Below, in pieces: positions 58,985-64,000 of a stretch of 64,000 nucleotides of DNA. Position 1 is the first letter of the stretch, and each line of letters begins with the position of its first letter. The notes under the pieces are model-generated. The model had not been told where the DNA came from. It ran no database searches and saw only the letters and a list, made by a program, of their open reading frames with translations. The stretch lies in the NCBI GenBank assembly GCA_052327205.1, contig JBMRGM010000036.1, positions 71,672,001 to 71,736,000 on the forward strand, in the 5' to 3' direction. Source of the stretch: Somniosus microcephalus (Eukaryota). Position numbers and translations under genes: made by a program.

Positions 58985-61900
58985 GATGTCCCAGACTCCA
59001 GACCCCAGACACTCCCAAACTGCTCCCAGACCCAAGCCACTCCCAGACCCTTAGACCCTCCCAGACCCCAGACATTCCCAGACCCAAGACACTCCCAGAC
59101 CCCAGCTCCCCCAGACCCTAGACACTCCCAGAACCCAGACACTCCCAGACCCCAGCCGCTCCCAGATCCCAAAAATTCCCAGACCCCAGACACTCCCAGG
59201 CCCCAGCCGCTCCCAGACCCCAGACACTCCCAGACCCAGACACTCCCAGACCCTCCCAGACACCAGCCTGCTCCCAAACCCCAAACACTCCCAGACCCCA
59301 GACACTCCCAGACCCCAGCCTGCTCCCAGACCCCAGACACTCCCAGACCCCAGACACTCCCAGATCCCAGACACTCCCAGACCCCAGACACTCCCAGACC
59401 CCAGACACTCCCAGGCCCCAGCCGCTCCCAGACCCCAGACACTCCCAGACCCAGACACTCCCAGACACTCCCAGACCCTCCCAGACACCAGCCTGCTCCC
59501 AAACCCCAAACACTCCCAGACCCCAGACACTCCCAGACCCCAAAAATTCCCAGACCCCAGACACTCCCAGGCCCCAGCCGCTCCCAGACCCCAGACACTC
59601 CCAGACCCCAGACACTCCCAGGCCCCAGCCGCTCCCAGACCCCAGACACTCCCAGACCCAGACACTCCCAGACCCTCCCAGACACCAGCCTGCTCCCAAA
59701 CCCCAAACACTCCCAGACCCCAGACACTCCCAGACCCCAGCCTGCTCCCAGACCCCAGACGCTCCCAGACCCCAGACACTCCCAGATCCCAGACACTCCC
59801 AGACCCCAGCCTGCTCACAGACCCCAGACACTCCCAGACCCCAGACATTCCCAGACCCCAGACACTCCCAGACCCCAGACCCCAGCCGCTCCCAGACCCC
59901 AGACACTCCCAGACCTCAGCCGCTCCCAGACCCCAGACACTCCCAGACCCCAAACACTCCCAGACCCCAGACACTCCCAGACCCCAGACACTCCCAGACC
60001 CCAGACACTCCCAGACCCAAGACACTCCCAGACCCCAGACCCCAGCCGCTCCCAGACCCCAGACACTCCCAGACCCCAAACACTCCCAGACCCCAGACAC
60101 TCCCAGACCCCAGACACTCCCAGACCCCAGACACTCCCAGACCCAAGACACTCCCAGACCATGGACACTCCCAGACCCCAGACACGCCCAGACCCCAGAC
60201 ACCTCCAGACCCCAGACACCTCCAGACTCCATACCCCAGACACTCCCAGACCCCAGACACTTCCAGACCCCAGCTGCCCCCAGACACTCCCAGACCCCAG
60301 ACCCTCCCAGACGCTCCCAGACCCCAGCCGCTCCCAGGCCCCAGACACTCCCAGACCTCAGCCGCTCCCAGACCCAGACACTCCCAGAACCCAGACACTC
60401 CCAGAACCCAGACACTCCCAAACCCCAGTCACTGCCAGACCCCAGACACTGCCAGACCCCAGACACTGCCAGACCCCAGACACTGCCAGACCCCAGACAC
60501 TGCCAGACCCCAGACACTCCCAGACCCCAGTCGCTCCCAGATTCCAGATGCTCCCAGACACTCCCAGAACCCAGATACTCCCAGACCCCCGCCGCCCCCA
60601 GACACTCCTAGACCCCAGACACTCCCAGACTCCAGACCCCAGTTGCTCCCAGACTCCAACCGCTCCCAGACCCAAGCTGCTCCCAGACCCCAGACAGTCC
60701 CAGACTCCAGCCTGCTCCCAGACCCCAGACACTCCCAGACCCCAGACACTCCCAGACCCCAGACACTCCCAGACCCAAGACACTCACAGACCTCAGATAC
60801 TCCCAGACCCCAGACACTCCCAGACACTCCCAGACCCCAGACACTCCCAGACCCCAGACACTCCCAGACCATGGACACTCCCAGACCCCAGACACGCCCA
60901 GACCCCAGACACCTCCAGACTCCAGACCCCAGACACTCCCAGACACCTCCAGACTCCATACCCCAGACTCTCCCAGACCCCAGACACTCCCAGACCCCAG
61001 ACACTCCCAGACCCCAGCTGCCCCCAGACCCCAGACCCTCCCAGACCCCAGACACTCCCAGACCCCAGCCGCACCCAGACCCCAGTCACTCCCAGACCCC
61101 AGACACTCCCAGAACCCAGACACTCCCAGACCTCAGCCGCTCCCAGACCTCAGCCGCTCCCAGACCCAGACACTCCCAGAACCCAGACACTCCCAGAACC
61201 TAGATACTCCCAGAACCCAGACACTCCCACACCCCAGTCGCTCCCAGACCCCAGACACTCCCAGACCCCAGACACTCCCAGACTCCAGACACTCCCAGAG
61301 CCCAGACACTCCCAAACCGCAGTCACTCCCAGACCCCAGACACTCCCAGACCCCAGACACTCCCAGACCCCAGACACTCCCAGACTCCAGACACTCCCAG
61401 AGCCCAGACACTCCCAAACCGCAGTCACTCCCAGACCCCAGACACTCCCAGACCCCAGACACTCCCAGACCCCAGACACTGCCAGACCCCAGACACTGCC
61501 AGACCCCAGACACTGCCAGACCCCAGACACTGCCAGACCCCAGACACTGCCAGACCCCAGACCCCAGACACTCCCAGACCCCAGACACTCCCAGACCCCA
61601 GACACTGCCAGACCCCAGACACTGCCAGACCCCAGACCCCAGACACTCCCAGACCCCAGTCGCTCCCAGATTCCAGATGCTCCCAGACACTCCCAGAACA
61701 AAGATACTCCCAGACCCCCGCCGCCCCCAGACACTCCTAGACCCCAGACACTCCCAGACCCCAGTCGCTCCCAGACCCCAGCCGCTCCCAGACCCCAGCC
61801 GCTCCCAGACCCCAGACCCTCCCAGACCCCAGCCGCTCCCAGACCCCAGACCCTCCCAGACCCCAGACTCTCCCAGACCCCAGACACTCCCAGAGCTCAG

Positions 61901-63130
61901 CCGCTCCCAGACCCCAGACGCTCCCAGACCCCAGACACTCCCAGACCCCAGCCACCCCCAGACCCCAGACCCTCCCTGACCCCAGACATTCCAGACACTC
62001 CCAGACCCCAGTCGCTCCTAGACCCCAGACAGTCCCAGACCCCAGCCGCTCCCAGACCCCAGACACTCCCAGACCCCAGACACTCCCAGACCCCAGACAC
62101 TCCCAGACCCCAGACCCCAGTCGCTCCCAGACCCCAGACACTCCTAGACCCCAGACGCTCCCAGACCCCAGACATTCCCAGACCCCAGACACTCCCAGAC
62201 CCCAGACACTGCCAGACCCCAGACACTGCCAGACCCCAGACACTCCCAGACCCCAGACACTCCCAGACCCCAGCTACTCCCAGAGCCCAGACACCTCCAG
62301 ACCCCAGTCGCTCCCAGACTCCAACTGCTCCCAGATCCCAGCTGCTCCCAGACCCCAGACTGTCCCAAACTCCAGCCTGCTCCCAGACCCCAGACACTCC
62401 CAGACTCCAGTTGCTCCCAGACTCCAACCACTCCCAGACCCCAGACACTCCCAGACCCCAGACACCTCCAGACTCAGGACCCCCAGACACTCCCAGACCC
62501 TAGTAGCTCCCAGACCCCAGACGCTCCCAGACACTCCCACACCCCAGACACTCCCAGACCCCAGCCGCTCCCAAACCCCAGACACTCCCAGAGCCCAGCT
62601 GCTCCCAGAGCCCAGCTGTTCCCAGATCCCAGAATCTCCCAGAGCCCAGCCGCTCCCAGACCCCGGCCTGCTCCCAGACCCCAGCCTGCTCCCAGAGTCC
62701 AGCCGCTCCCAGGCCCCAGCCGCTCCCAGGCCCCAGCTGCTCCCAGAGCCCAGCCTGCTCCCAGACCCCAGCCTGCTCCCAGAGTCCAGCCGCTCCCAGA
62801 CCCCAGCCTGCTCCCAGAGTCCAGCCGCTCCCAGACCCCAGCCTGCTCCCAGAGCCCAGACACTCCCAGATCCCAGCCGCTCCCAGGCCCCAGCCGCTCC
62901 CAGAGCCCAGACACTCCCAGACCCCAGCCGCTCCCAGGCCCCAGCCGCTCCCAGAGCCCAGACTCTCCCAGACCCCAGCCGCTCCCAGACCCCAGTAGCT
63001 CCCAGGCCCAACCATTCCCAGACCCCAACTGTTCCCAGGCACCAGACCCTGCTAGGCACCAGACCCTCCTAGACCCCAGACCCCATACACCAGCCACTCC
63101 CAGACTCCAACTGATCCCAGACCCCAGACC
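58985..63130 (+). repeat. 17-bp C-rich satellite built on CCCAGA, ~4.1 kb, heterogeneous
   Basis: Unit actcccagaccccagac with variants such as gctcccagaccccagcc; 17-aa period in translation equals 3 units. Confidence 0.97.
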
Positions 63131-63397
63131 CTGTTCCCCAGAGTATAACTGGGGTGTGCACCCAGGCTTGGAGCGGTGAGAGACAAGGGGCTGTAGCAGA
63201 GCTGACCATGAACCACGAGACAAGTCACGATGGTGTGTTACCAACTGAGATCTGCTGTCGATCCCTTCTCCGATTCCGTGGTTCAGTTGCTCCTATAAGA
63301 GATCTGAGTGTCTTACCTTTCTGGGAGTGGGCTCCCAGTGCCCTGTATCTACTTGTACCACACCATAATCCAGGGCCATGGCAGCAGCATCCCCTTG

Positions 63398-63532
63398 ACA
63401 CACAAATTGGCTGCCGCGTTTCCTACATTACAACAGTGACTACACTTCAAAAAGTACTTCACTGGCCGCCACGTGCTTTGGGACATCCTGGGGTCGGGAA
63501 AGGCGCGGTAGAAATGCAAGCTCTTCTTTCTT
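63398..63532 (+). mobile_element. DeuSINE 3' tail
   Basis: caaattggctgccgcgtttcctacattacaacagtgac...aaatgcaag. Confidence 0.85.
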
Positions 63533-63817
63533 GATCTGATTGGCCAAGAACTCGCAAAGGTGGAATGAATCTCCACTGCTCGTGTCGTGTTGGAGATTGA
63601 GCAGGATGTACTGGGCCCAGGGTAGAGTCAGCACTCAGAGTCTATCCTGCTGTCTAAATGTGGCGAATCTTTCCGACGGAGCTTTATTCTGTTGATGGGT
63701 CAGGTTTTATGTTGTGCTGGCAGCCGCTTTTGATGCTGCCTCCATCTGTCACTGCTTCCTGGGTCCTTAATGTACGATTAACACACAAGATAATTAACCA
63801 TCACAAAATCATTCATT

Positions 63818-64000
63818 GACAAGCCTTTCCACCATTTACAAGGCACAAGTCAGGAGTGTGATGGAACACTCTCCACTTGCCTGGATGAGTGCAGCTCCAA
63901 CAATACTCAAGAAGCTCGACATCATCCAGGATAAAGCAGCCCGTTCGATTGGCACTCCATCCACCACCTTAAACATTCACTTCCTCCACCACCGGCGTAC
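63818..64000 (+). mobile_element. CR1/Zenon-like LINE ORF fragment running off the window
   Basis: TIYKAQVRSVMEHSPLAWMSAAPTILKKLDIIQDKAARSIG..LHHRR. Confidence 0.8.

Noticed and set aside
58958-62503. 1181-aa Pro/Gln/Thr-rich ORF
   Set aside because: The 17-bp unit is not a multiple of 3, and the C-rich strand simply lacks stop codons; no coding signature
58985-63130. Immunoglobulin switch region or telomeric array
   Set aside because: No TTAGGG, AGCT motifs are sparse, and no Ig exons or RSS seen nearby

Overview
Vertebrate genomic DNA made up almost entirely of repeats, very probably from a cartilaginous fish (shark): it carries HE1-like V-SINE and SacSINE1-like DeuSINE sequences and shark-type CR1, L2, RTE and Penelope elements. 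I recognise no host protein-coding gene. The long ORFs in the track are either retroelement genes or artefacts of tandem repeats. Main contents: (i) a decayed Mag-like Ty3/Gypsy element (581-5544, minus) fused in frame to a second related pol fragment; (ii) a young, near-complete Ty3/Gypsy element (37554-42656, minus; LTRs differ at 1 of 232 nt) that has no tRNA PBS but an 11-nt LTR-complementary site suggesting self-priming, and is interrupted by a PIF/Harbinger-type MITE; (iii) a Penelope-like element with a GIY-YIG ORF, plus four copies of a minimal hammerhead ribozyme motif; (iv) large tandem arrays: a 36-bp satellite (~7.9 kb), a 17-bp satellite (~4.1 kb), a 27-bp array, four 33-bp arrays that grew from the same position inside separate DeuSINE copies, and two 51-bp in-frame arrays inside CR1 ORF2; (v) many nested LINE/SINE/MITE insertions with visible target-site duplications, a 471-N assembly gap, and a few weak candidate spliced exons in the small unique islands. 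Family names come from recalled motifs, not database searches, and boundaries of decayed repeats are approximate.
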